A stretch of 64,000 nt of DNA, taken from the NCBI GenBank assembly GCA_963722655.1, contig CAVRNT010000002.1, forward strand, positions 7,461 to 71,460, read 5' to 3'. This document shows, piece by piece, positions 39,810 to 48,640 of the stretch (positions are counted from its first letter, which is position 1; the number at the start of each line of letters is the position of its first letter). Made by a program: the position numbers and the translations under genes. A model generated the notes under the pieces. The model was given only the letters and a program-made list of their open reading frames with translations. It was not told where the DNA came from and did not search any database. Origin of the DNA: an uncultured bacterium. GTDB taxonomy: Bacteria; Patescibacteriota; Minisyncoccia; UBA6257; GWB1-50-10.

Positions 39810-40319
39810 ATGAAACTGGATATCGGCTGTGGCCCAAATAGACAGAAAGGATTTAAGGGAACGGACGTCATTTCAGGACCTACCGTGGATTTTGTTTTGG
39901 ACCTGGAGAAATTTCCTTGGGAACCGTTCGCGGACAACTCCTGCGACGAAATCTACACGTCTCATTATGTGGAAAAAACGAAAGACCTCATTAAGTTTAT
40001 GGACGAAATGTGGCGCATCTGCACTCCGAACGCTAAAATTACGATAGTCGCCCCTTACTACACCTCGATCCGCGCCTTTCAGGATCCCATGGCGACCCGT
40101 TTGCTTTCCGAAGCCACGTGGCCATATTTCAATAAGGAATGGCGCACCGCAAACAAGCTCGATCACTACCCGATCAAGTCGGATTTTGCCATTGAAAAAA
40201 TAATGGTCTTTTTTAACCAGCCATGGGACAAGAAATCCGAGGAGGCAAGGGAGTTCGCTAAAACCCATTACTGGAACGTCGTCTCCGATATTCTCGTCGA
40301 GCTCAAAGCCGTAAAATGA
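39810..40319 (+). CDS. SAM-dependent methyltransferase (type 11-like, small)
   Basis: Motif I LDIGCGPN, acidic DVIS, SCDEIYTSHYVE motif. Confidence 0.65.
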   Translation: MKLDIGCGPNRQKGFKGTDVISGPTVDFVLDLEKFPWEPFADNSCDEIYTSHYVEKTKDLIKFMDEMWRICTPNAKITIVAPYYTSIRAFQDPMATRLLSEATWPYFNKEWRTANKLDHYPIKSDFAIEKIMVFFNQPWDKKSEEAREFAKTHYWNVVSDILVELKAVK

Positions 40320-40816
40320 AGATCAAGACCAAGGCAAAGATCGGCCGCGAATATCGCGTCTTGGCCATCGCGGTCGTTTTCTTTGCCGTCGGCCTTTTTT
40401 TCTTTATCAAGGACCAAACGATACCGGCGCCGCAGACTAAGCCGACGGCCGCGCCAACATTGAGCGTCGCTTCGCCCCAGGGGGCAAGTTTCCCCGATCC
40501 GACATTCGCCAAATATCCTGCGCCATCCAATTTCGAAAAATTCACCTATGAGAATGGAGAGATCGACGGCGCGAGCAGCTTGAGCGTCTCTGCGACCTGC
40601 AATGGCCAATACGTCGCCATCCTGATATATCCCGGGAACTTCGATTACCGGTTGGATGTGAGCCGGTCCGTTTACAACAAATCGTTCCCTTGCGACACCG
40701 GAAAAACCTTCAATCACATCATCGAAGCAGCGGACCTTTCAACCCTCCAGCCGGGAAGTTATTACCTGATGACGGCTGACCAGGGAGCGAGCGGCCCGTG
40801 GTATAATCCTAAGTAG
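40316..40816 (+). CDS. Secreted small protein carrying the same C-terminal 2-Cys domain as the 31445-32965 product
   Basis: TM VLAIAVVFFAVGLFFFI; SATCNGQYVAILIYPGNFDY...NKSFPCDTGKTFNHI...GSYYLMTADQGASGPWYNPK aligns with the C-terminus of the 506-aa protein. Confidence 0.5.
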   Translation: MKIKTKAKIGREYRVLAIAVVFFAVGLFFFIKDQTIPAPQTKPTAAPTLSVASPQGASFPDPTFAKYPAPSNFEKFTYENGEIDGASSLSVSATCNGQYVAILIYPGNFDYRLDVSRSVYNKSFPCDTGKTFNHIIEAADLSTLQPGSYYLMTADQGASGPWYNPK

Positions 40817-40817
40817 C

Positions 40818-41252
40818 ATGGCGGTAAGGAAGAACAATAAAAGAGTTTTCGTCATCCCGGCTGTCCTTGGCTGCTTAATTATCGCGGCCGCCTTCGTTTG
40901 GCTGAACCTCGAGCCAATAAAGCTCTATCTGGAATCCAACAACCCCTTGAGCGCTAACTGGGCCGCCATCCAGTTGAACGACGGCGAGATCCTTTACGGC
41001 CACCTCGCGGGCGTCACGGACGCGACGATCGGCCTGCGGGATGTCTATTCGCTCCAGAAGTTCACGCCGGCGGAGACTGTAAGCGTCGCGGCCACCTCGA
41101 CCGGCCTTGCTCTTTCCCAGACCCCGGATATCGTGCCACCCGCGAAGCTCATCCCGATCCAGATGTCCGGCGACCTCTTCATTGACCGCCATTCCGTGCT
41201 CTATTTCAGTTTCATTTCGCCCGACAACCCCGTCGTCCCGTATCTCCAATAA
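40818..41252 (+). CDS. Membrane-anchored hypothetical protein (144 aa)
   Basis: N-terminal TM VFVIPAVLGCLIIAAAFVWL. Confidence 0.4.
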   Translation: MAVRKNNKRVFVIPAVLGCLIIAAAFVWLNLEPIKLYLESNNPLSANWAAIQLNDGEILYGHLAGVTDATIGLRDVYSLQKFTPAETVSVAATSTGLALSQTPDIVPPAKLIPIQMSGDLFIDRHSVLYFSFISPDNPVVPYLQ

Positions 41253-41254
41253 AA

Positions 41255-42589
41255 ATGCTCAAGGGAGGGTCCGCTATCTCGCTGGCCGCTTTAATCCTCG
41301 CGCTCGCCGCCTTGCCGTCGGCGCGGGCTTTTAATTCTACATCGACCGATTTCTTCCTGCGCGGTGACGTCCAAAGCATCGGCGGGCGGACGACCTCCAC
41401 CGATTTCATTATCTTTAACAACGGTGCGGTGGATGCCCTGAATCTCGCGACCTCGACGGATTTCCAGCTCATCCCGGGCCTCATCCGCGCCCTTTTCCAG
41501 TCGCCCGCGCCGACCTACACGCTCATACATTATCATTTCCGTTTTGACAACGGCACGGAGCAGACGGCGAGTTCCGCGACGAATGGGATTGAAGATGTTG
41601 CCCTCACGAACTGGGCACAGAGCACGAGCACGCGACTCCGGGTGGAGATCTCGAACACCGGCGGGACCATCATCAACTACACCTCACAACAGTTCCGCAT
41701 CGAATACGGGCTCTTGAGTTCCTCCTGCGCGTCCTCGTCCTATTCCGCTGTAACGAGCACGGGCGCCTGGACGATGTTCAATTCGGGCAATTTGAACGAC
41801 GCCTCGGACACCACGAACATCGCGGTATCGACGGGCGGCGTTTTGGACACCAACCATACCTTCCTCACGCCGAACGGGGGAGTGCGAGATTCTTCGAACC
41901 AGACGGGCGCGCTTTCATTACCATTACCGAGCGATTCTTTCGCGGAACTGGAATACGACATCCAGGCGGTCGCGAGCTCTACCCCCGGCGCCACTTACTG
42001 TTTCCGGGTCACGAACGCCGGTAGCGCGACAAGCTTCGCTTATTCCCAATATCCCCAGATAACCTTGGTGGGCGGCGCCCAGTCCATCTCGCTCGTCATC
42101 TCCACAACGACCGTGAACTTGCCGGGCCTCGCTCCGGGGACGCCCATCACGGGAACCTCGACCGCGACGGTCACATTGACTGGCGGCACTCATGGCTACA
42201 GTTTGCAGATTCAAAGGAACTCGTCCACCTCCACGCTCTCGTCCTCCACCACTCCGTTCCCGGATTACGCCTCCTGGAATCCATCAAGCACCAACTGCAC
42301 ATCGGGAGAGGGGAACGCCACGACGACCCCCGGGAAGACATTTGCCCTCCGCGTTCAGCAGACGGGCACGACGGCGAACTACTGCTCTTTCTGGTGGGGA
42401 GCGAGCGACGCAAGCGGCACCGCCCTTTACGCCGGGGTGCCGACGAGCACCGTGACGATCGTTAACGCCACCTCAACGAACAACGGCACCTCCACCTCGA
42501 CCATTCTTTACCGGGCCGACGTGCCTTCAACCCAAAAAGCCACGAATTATACCGGATTAGTGACCATCACCGTCCTGGCCAACCCGTGA
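41255..42589 (+). CDS. Secreted Ser/Thr-rich protein with repeated TSTDF motifs and C-terminal domain paralogous to the next gene
   Basis: Signal peptide; three N-terminal (S/T)STDF(F/I/Q) repeats; C-terminal NSSTSTLSSSTTPFPDYASWN...FALRVQQTGTTANY...WWG...GVPT...TNYTG. Confidence 0.5.
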   Translation: MLKGGSAISLAALILALAALPSARAFNSTSTDFFLRGDVQSIGGRTTSTDFIIFNNGAVDALNLATSTDFQLIPGLIRALFQSPAPTYTLIHYHFRFDNGTEQTASSATNGIEDVALTNWAQSTSTRLRVEISNTGGTIINYTSQQFRIEYGLLSSSCASSSYSAVTSTGAWTMFNSGNLNDASDTTNIAVSTGGVLDTNHTFLTPNGGVRDSSNQTGALSLPLPSDSFAELEYDIQAVASSTPGATYCFRVTNAGSATSFAYSQYPQITLVGGAQSISLVISTTTVNLPGLAPGTPITGTSTATVTLTGGTHGYSLQIQRNSSTSTLSSSTTPFPDYASWNPSSTNCTSGEGNATTTPGKTFALRVQQTGTTANYCSFWWGASDASGTALYAGVPTSTVTIVNATSTNNGTSTSTILYRADVPSTQKATNYTGLVTITVLANP

Positions 42590-42626
42590 TATCCACAGCT
42601 ATAGTCAAAACCGGTATGTTATAATA

Positions 42627-43292
42627 GTGTCAATGAGGAAGGCAATAAAAACGCTCTCTTTCGAAGGTTATGTCGTGGCAATATCGGTCGCGGTCTTCAC
42701 GGCGGTGGCTCTTTTTGCCGCTATTCCATCGCTCGTACCCCAGGTTTTCGCGAGCACGTCCACGTCAACGGGCCAGACGATAAATTTGACGGTGAATCAG
42801 ACGATCACGCTCACCGTCCCGGCCGCGGTCAGCATGACGGCCCTCACGCCGGGCAACAACACGCCGAGTATCTCGACGACGACCGCGGTCGTTTCGACGA
42901 ACGCATCGAACGGCTGGAACTTGCAAATCAATCGCAATTCCTCTACCTCGACTCTTGCCTCGTCGACCATAAATTTCCCGGACTACACTTCCTGGAACGG
43001 GAGCAGTAATGCGGCTACATCTTCCGTCGTCGCACAGACCTTCGCCTTCCGCGTCTACCAGACCGGGACGACCGGAGGTATCTACAACACCACCTGGTGG
43101 GGGACGAACGACACGGACCCGAACGCTAAATTCGGCGGCGTGCCGACGGGTGCAACTACAATGGCGAGTACGAGCACCTACAGCGGTTCATCTCAAACCG
43201 TCGTCTTCGGTTTCCGGGCCGACGCACCGGCCACCCAAGCCGCCACGAACTACACCGGCAACATCACCGTGACCGCGATCGCCCTTCCGTAA
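42627..43292 (+). CDS. Secreted paralogue of the C-terminal domain of the preceding gene
   Basis: NSSTSTLASSTINFPDYTSWN...FAFRVYQTGTTGGIYNTTWWG...GVPT...ATNYTG collinear with 41255-42589 C-terminus. Confidence 0.5.
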   Translation: MSMRKAIKTLSFEGYVVAISVAVFTAVALFAAIPSLVPQVFASTSTSTGQTINLTVNQTITLTVPAAVSMTALTPGNNTPSISTTTAVVSTNASNGWNLQINRNSSTSTLASSTINFPDYTSWNGSSNAATSSVVAQTFAFRVYQTGTTGGIYNTTWWGTNDTDPNAKFGGVPTGATTMASTSTYSGSSQTVVFGFRADAPATQAATNYTGNITVTAIALP

Positions 43293-43332
43293 AGCGCTTG
43301 CCGGCCAAGGGCTGAGCTGTATAATAAGGGGG

Positions 43333-44238
43333 ATGGTCAATAAACGATTCAGATTTTTCTTCGCTATTACCGCCATTACGGTAATATTTTTATCTCCGGT
43401 CTTAGCCAACGCCCAGGTCGGGATCTCGCTCTTCCCAATCAAGTTCGATGTTACGGTCGCGCCGGGGCAGACCTACTCCGACACCGTTACCGTCATCAAC
43501 CCCAACGATTTCCCGATCGGCGTCCAGCCAGAGGTGGAGAACATCGCGGGCGGCAATCAGGGCTCCATCGACCTCGTTGACACAGACATCCCGCACGGCC
43601 TTTCGGCTTGGATCCAGATCGACCGAACCCAGTTCACCTTGGCCCCGCAGGAAAGACGACAGGTGTCGTTCTCTATCGTGGTCCCGGAAAACGGCGAGCC
43701 CGGAGGCCACTACGGCGCTATTCTCTTTAGAGGCGTAACGGTCGCGGGGAATCCCGCCGCGACCGGCGTCGGTATTTCCGGCCGAGTCGGTTCGGTGATC
43801 CTCGTGAACGTCCCAGGCGCCTCTTACGCCACCGGCAATTTGGCCGACTTCGCCGGTCCTAGTTCCTACGTCTCCCACGGCCCGGTGAACTTCTCCTTTA
43901 CCGTCAACAACACCGGCAACACCCATTTCAGCCCCCAAGGCCAAATCACATTGAACGGCCCCTTATTGGGGACCATCCAAATACCCTTTGATTCTGGCAT
44001 CATTTTCCCTGGTTACAACCGCGTTTTCACAGCCTCCTGGCCAAACCGGTACGGTTTCGGCCCGCTCACGGCTACCCTTTCGGTCCAGATCCCGGGGAGC
44101 GGGACAGTGACAAAAACGCTTCATTTCTTCATGTTCCCGTGGCAGGAAGCCTTCGGCATACTGGTAATTCTGCTCGTCCTGATCTTCTCCTTCCGGGGCG
44201 TCAAGAAGAACTTCCGGATAGTCCGCGTTCAGAGGTAA
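43333..44238 (+). CDS. Cell-surface protein, DUF916-like ectodomain with C-terminal TM anchor (DUF3324-like)
   Basis: Signal peptide, beta-rich domain, C-terminal WQEAFGILVILLVLIFSF + RGVKKNFR; architecture as in Firmicute WxL-locus DUF916 proteins. Confidence 0.45.
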   Translation: MVNKRFRFFFAITAITVIFLSPVLANAQVGISLFPIKFDVTVAPGQTYSDTVTVINPNDFPIGVQPEVENIAGGNQGSIDLVDTDIPHGLSAWIQIDRTQFTLAPQERRQVSFSIVVPENGEPGGHYGAILFRGVTVAGNPAATGVGISGRVGSVILVNVPGASYATGNLADFAGPSSYVSHGPVNFSFTVNNTGNTHFSPQGQITLNGPLLGTIQIPFDSGIIFPGYNRVFTASWPNRYGFGPLTATLSVQIPGSGTVTKTLHFFMFPWQEAFGILVILLVLIFSFRGVKKNFRIVRVQR

Positions 44239-44239
44239 C

Positions 44240-45439
44240 GTGAAAAATGTCATCTTCTGGTCAGCGCTCATCTCCTTAACGGCCTTTTGCCTGCCGGCGG
44301 CCGAAGCCCAGGTCATCCCGCCCGCGAGCGGCACGACCGCGGTCTCCATTACGGTCATCTTCCCACCGGCGGCTCCAAGCGATCTCTCGGCCTCGGCCAT
44401 CTCGAACTCGCAGATAAATTTGGCCTGGACGGACAACTCCAATAACGAAACCGGCTTCAGCATCGAGGAGGCGGTCGGCAACGATTCCATCTTCACGCCG
44501 ATCGATTCCGTCGGACCGAACGTCACGACCTATTCACGAACCGGGCTCCTCGCGAGCACGGACTATTTTTATCGAATTCGGGCCTATAACATTGCCGGTC
44601 CGAGCAACTACTCGAACGAGGCTTCGACGACAACGCCCGCCGCGCCCGTGACTCCTCCTCCGCCTCCGCCACCGACGGGTGGAGGCGGAGGAGGCGGAGG
44701 AAGTTATTCACCTTTGCCTAATGCCGGCACCGCGGTTAGTTTTGCCGGCCACGCGTTCCCCAAGACGCAGGTGACGCTTCTCAAGGATGCTCAGGTCGTC
44801 GCGAGCACCGTCGCGAGCGACGACGCGAGTTTTCAGATGTCCCTTTCCGGACTTTCCGCCGGCAACTACATCTTCTCGCTCTACGGCACTGATGCTTACG
44901 GCAACCGCTCCGCCCTCCGCACCTTCCCCTTGAGCGTTACGAGCGGGGCGAGCACCAACGTGAGCGGCATCTTCATCGCGCCCACGCTCACGACCGATAA
45001 GAGCACGGTGAAACAGGGAGACCCGATCACCTTCTTCGGTCAGACCGTCCCCGCTGGCGTCGTCACGATCGCCGTGAATTCAAGCGGCGGTTTTTACGTG
45101 ACGACGACTGCCGATCAATCAGGTGAATACCTCAAGGAATTCGACACGACCCCGTTGGATTTCGGTCAGCACACGGCCTATGCCCGCACATCCGCCATGA
45201 ACCTCGTGACGGACAACAGCAGCGTCATCGGCTTCAATGTCGGCACGACGAACGTCAAGAACAACCCCAAGGCCTCTAAGGGCGACCTGAACGGCGACAA
45301 CCGAGTGAACATCGTGGATTTCTCCATAATGGCCTACTGGTACGGCAAAAAGAATCCACCGAAGAGCATAGACATTGGCGGCTTCGGTGTCGTTGACCTT
45401 CGGGATTTCAGCATTCTCGCATACAATTGGACAGGCTAA
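44240..45439 (+). CDS. Secreted FN3-domain protein with poly-Pro/Gly linker, Ig-like domain and C-terminal dockerin
   Basis: FN3 (INLAWTDNSNNETGFSIEEA...STDYFYRIRAYNIAGPSNYSNEAS), PPPPPPPTGGGGGGGG linker, dockerin repeats DLNGDNRVNIVDFSIMAYWYG and DIGGFGVVDLRDFSILAYNW. Confidence 0.65.
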   Translation: MKNVIFWSALISLTAFCLPAAEAQVIPPASGTTAVSITVIFPPAAPSDLSASAISNSQINLAWTDNSNNETGFSIEEAVGNDSIFTPIDSVGPNVTTYSRTGLLASTDYFYRIRAYNIAGPSNYSNEASTTTPAAPVTPPPPPPPTGGGGGGGGSYSPLPNAGTAVSFAGHAFPKTQVTLLKDAQVVASTVASDDASFQMSLSGLSAGNYIFSLYGTDAYGNRSALRTFPLSVTSGASTNVSGIFIAPTLTTDKSTVKQGDPITFFGQTVPAGVVTIAVNSSGGFYVTTTADQSGEYLKEFDTTPLDFGQHTAYARTSAMNLVTDNSSVIGFNVGTTNVKNNPKASKGDLNGDNRVNIVDFSIMAYWYGKKNPPKSIDIGGFGVVDLRDFSILAYNWTG

Positions 45440-45443
45440 ATCA

Positions 45444-46355
45444 ATGAAGAAATACCTTTTAATGATAATCTTGTTCTCGCTGGCTTTGACCTCCAAAGCC
45501 GCCTCGTTAAGCTTAGAAACGCCGAACCCAATCGTTCCTCTGGGCACACCCTTTGCGGTGACCGTCTATTTGGACCCCCAAGGCCAGAGCGTGAACGCCT
45601 TGGAGGGTAACTTGACCTTTCCAAACGACAAACTCCAATTGGAGAACGTCTACGGCAGCGATTCCATCGTGAGCCTTTGGATCGAACGCCCGCATGAGGC
45701 GGTTTCCGGCACGATCGCCTGGAGCGGGATAATGCCCGGCGGTTTCGGCGGCGTATTGGAACCGAATGAGGCCCAACCCACTCCGGGCCAAGTGGCCGTC
45801 GCGGTCTTCAAGCCGCTCCAGATCGGAACCGCCACCATCGGTTTCGGAAATGTCTCGGTGCTCTTAAACGATGGTCGAGGGACGCCGGCCACCGTCACGA
45901 TGAGCACCCTCACCGTCTCCGTCGCTGCCTCAAGCTCGACGGCCGGAGCGGCCTTGCCTACCGCGCTCATCGGTGACAATGTTCCGCCGGAACCCTTCCA
46001 AATCAACCTAAGTCGTTCTCCCAACCTCTTTAATGACCAATGGTTCATCGCCTTCGTCGCCCACGACAAAGGGACAGGTGTTGCTTCCTACGACGTCTTG
46101 GAATCGAGAACGCCGGTCGTCGACTTCAGCAGTGCTGCCTGGCAACCGGTAATAAATCCGTATGTCTTAAAAGATCAATCTCTAGCGAGCTATGTTTACG
46201 TGAGAGCGACGGACTACGCCGGGAACTCCCGCCTCGCCTCTTTGCCGCCGACGCGCCAGAACGCATTGTCACCAGTCCTGACCTATCTGTTAGTTATAAT
46301 AATAGGAGCGGCATCTTTCATCCTATGGCTGACTTTAAGAAAGAGAAAAAACTGA
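45444..46355 (+). CDS. Cohesin-like domain protein with C-terminal TM anchor
   Basis: Signal peptide; GTPFAVTVYLDPQGQSVNALEGNLTFPNDKLQLENVYGSDSIV...GQVAVAVFKPLQIGTATIGFGNVSVLLNDGRG cohesin-type pattern; C-terminal VLTYLLVIIIGAASFILWL + RKRKN. Confidence 0.55.
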   Translation: MKKYLLMIILFSLALTSKAASLSLETPNPIVPLGTPFAVTVYLDPQGQSVNALEGNLTFPNDKLQLENVYGSDSIVSLWIERPHEAVSGTIAWSGIMPGGFGGVLEPNEAQPTPGQVAVAVFKPLQIGTATIGFGNVSVLLNDGRGTPATVTMSTLTVSVAASSSTAGAALPTALIGDNVPPEPFQINLSRSPNLFNDQWFIAFVAHDKGTGVASYDVLESRTPVVDFSSAAWQPVINPYVLKDQSLASYVYVRATDYAGNSRLASLPPTRQNALSPVLTYLLVIIIGAASFILWLTLRKRKN

Positions 46356-48079
46356 AATTCGTTTGCCTGACCGCCGTTGTCGCGGCGGTCTTCCTCGTCT
46401 TTCCGACGGCCCGGGCCGCCGGCGCCTCTTTCACCTTTTCGGCCCAGACCGGCTCTTATGAGGTCGGCGATGCTATCCCGATTACGGTCTATATCCAGAG
46501 TCCGGGTCAATCCATCAATGCCGTCTCCGGCGCGATCTCCTTCCCGAGTGACAAATTGGCGGTCACCTCCATATCGCAGAGCGGTTCCATCGTTAACCTC
46601 TGGGTTCAAAACCCGAGCTATTCCAACGGTGCCGGTACGGCTAACTTCCAAGGAGTGGTTCTGAATCCGGGTTTCGTTGGTTCCAACGGAACGATCATTA
46701 CCATCAATTTCAAGGCGATTGCCCCAGGCGTCGCTCTCGTTTCTTTCACTTCCGGTTCCATTCTCGCGAACGACGGCCAGGGCACGAACATCCTGGACCC
46801 GGACGGATTGCCTTCCGATCAATACGCCATCAACGTACTGGGAACGACTAGCAACGGTCTGACGAGCACTCCGAACAGCGCGAATGGACCGCTTGCGACC
46901 GTGATTTCATCACCGACCCATCCCGACCCGACGAAGTGGTATTCCGAGAACGATGCAAAGTTCGTTTGGACAGTCCCCGACGGCGTTGACGCCGTGCGCT
47001 TGCTCTACAACAAATACTCCAACTCGACACCGACCGTGCTCTACCAACCGCCGATCAGCGAAAAGGAACTCACGGGGCTAGACGACGGCGTCTGGTATTT
47101 CCACATCCAGTTCCATGACGCGAGTGGCTGGGGGAACATCGCCCATTTCAAATTCCAAGTAGACACGACGCCACCTAATCCGTTCCAAATCGGTTTCGTG
47201 TCCAGCGCCGATCCAACAGACCCACGACCGACTGCCATTTTGAATGCCACCGACGCGCTTTCTGGTATCGCTTATTACAAGATAAAGATTGATGACCAGA
47301 ATTTCATAACAGTTTCGGCCAGCCAAGCACAAAGCGGCCCCTATCAGCTACCAGTCCAAGCGAGCGGCGCCCACAACATTTTGGTCCAGGTCTTTGACCA
47401 AGCTGGCAATTATCAAACCGCTATCGGGCAGTTCACCGTCGCGCCGATCGATCCTCCGATGATTGTGAACTACACCACCCAATTCCGGTCCGGCGAGTAT
47501 CTGGTCGTCAAGGGCACGACCTACCCGAACGCCACCGTGACCGTCCACCTCGAAGGGAGCGGCGTTCTACCGAAGAGCTGGACGGGCGTAAGCGACAGCT
47601 CCGGTGCCTTTACGGTCACCGGTGACGGCGCGATCGACGCAGGCGCTTACAAGATGTACGCCACCGTGACCGACAGCCGGGGCGCTCAAAGCCCGCCGAC
47701 CCAGCAGTACGACGTTGCGGTCGCGCCGAGCACTTTCCTCGGCATCGGCAACTACGCCATCAGCTTAATCGCCATAGTGATCTCGCTCATCATCGTTCTG
47801 CTCGTAGTCGGGGCGTTCCTGCTCGGTCCCGGGCGGGTCCACGCAATCAGAAAAGGTGTGACCTTGGAGACGAAGACGGCCGAGCGCGACGTGGAACGCG
47901 CCTTCAACTCCTTGCGACAGGATATTAAGACCCACGTCCGCTTCTTGGAGAAGGTGAAATCGATGCGCGACCTGACGAAAGAGGAAGGAATGATCTTAAA
48001 GCAGCTCAAGGACGATCTGGAACGCTCGGAGAAGTCCATCGAGAGCGACCTCGAGAAGATCGAAAAACAGCTGAAATAA
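46325..48079 (+). CDS. Cohesin-like domain surface protein with Ig-like repeats, C-terminal TM and cytoplasmic coiled-coil tail
   Basis: Start ATG 46325 (MADFKKEKKLKFVCLTAVVAAVFLV); GDAIPITVYIQSPGQSINAVSGAISFPSDKLAVTSISQSGSIVNLW...GTIITINFKAIAPGVALVSFTSGSILANDGQG cohesin-like; TM ISLIAIVISLIIVLLVVGAFLL; charged coiled-coil C-terminus. Confidence 0.55.
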   Translation: MADFKKEKKLKFVCLTAVVAAVFLVFPTARAAGASFTFSAQTGSYEVGDAIPITVYIQSPGQSINAVSGAISFPSDKLAVTSISQSGSIVNLWVQNPSYSNGAGTANFQGVVLNPGFVGSNGTIITINFKAIAPGVALVSFTSGSILANDGQGTNILDPDGLPSDQYAINVLGTTSNGLTSTPNSANGPLATVISSPTHPDPTKWYSENDAKFVWTVPDGVDAVRLLYNKYSNSTPTVLYQPPISEKELTGLDDGVWYFHIQFHDASGWGNIAHFKFQVDTTPPNPFQIGFVSSADPTDPRPTAILNATDALSGIAYYKIKIDDQNFITVSASQAQSGPYQLPVQASGAHNILVQVFDQAGNYQTAIGQFTVAPIDPPMIVNYTTQFRSGEYLVVKGTTYPNATVTVHLEGSGVLPKSWTGVSDSSGAFTVTGDGAIDAGAYKMYATVTDSRGAQSPPTQQYDVAVAPSTFLGIGNYAISLIAIVISLIIVLLVVGAFLLGPGRVHAIRKGVTLETKTAERDVERAFNSLRQDIKTHVRFLEKVKSMRDLTKEEGMILKQLKDDLERSEKSIESDLEKIEKQLK

Positions 48080-48116
48080 GGCGGCGCAGCGGCGCCCAAT
48101 CGGGTATAATGATATT

Positions 48117-48596
48117 ATGAAACATTTTAAATTTTTACCGTTCCTGACGGCCGAGGCGCACTGCGACGTGCCCTGCGGCATCTATGACCCGACGCCGGCG
48201 AAGATCGCCGCGAAGACCGTCGCCAGAATGGTCGACCAAATAGCGGACATCCATCCGCCGCAGGATTGGAACGACGCCGCGGCGGCTTCGGCTTACGTCC
48301 AAAGTATCGCCCGACGCGTGGCCGTGAAGGAGGAGCACGCCCAGATCTGTAAGAAGGAGCTTTCTGTTCTTTGGTCCGATTTCTTCAAGCCGGAGCATCT
48401 CGTGAAGTACCCGAACCTGCACAATTTGTTCTGGAAAGCGGCCAAACTCTGTTCCAAGGACAAGCAGACGATCAGCAAGGAGGATGCCGTCGCCCTCGTC
48501 GGCGCCGTGGATGAAATCGCCCGGGTCTTTTACGAAGTGAAGGGCGATCCGAAGAGATACGAGGCCTATAAGGAAATCACCGACAAGCTATACTAA
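48117..48596 (+). CDS. sodN: Nickel superoxide dismutase precursor
   Basis: 14-aa leader then Ni-hook HCDVPCGIYDP; LSVLWSDFFKPEHLVKYPNLHNL matches the NiSOD core (LDVLWSDYFKP...YPELH in Streptomyces). Confidence 0.88.
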   Translation: MKHFKFLPFLTAEAHCDVPCGIYDPTPAKIAAKTVARMVDQIADIHPPQDWNDAAAASAYVQSIARRVAVKEEHAQICKKELSVLWSDFFKPEHLVKYPNLHNLFWKAAKLCSKDKQTISKEDAVALVGAVDEIARVFYEVKGDPKRYEAYKEITDKLY

Positions 48597-48601
48597 AACT
48601 T

Positions 48602-48640
48602 GGAGGTTGAACCTCCCAGGAGGTTCAACCTCCTGATTTT
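48602..48640 (+). terminator. Strong hairpin (14-bp stem) between sodN and sodX; terminator/attenuator-like
   Basis: GGAGGTTGAACCTC-ccag-GAGGTTCAACCTCC then TGATTTTA directly abutting ATG 48641; stem contains the only GGAGG Shine-Dalgarno-like sequences. Confidence 0.45.
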
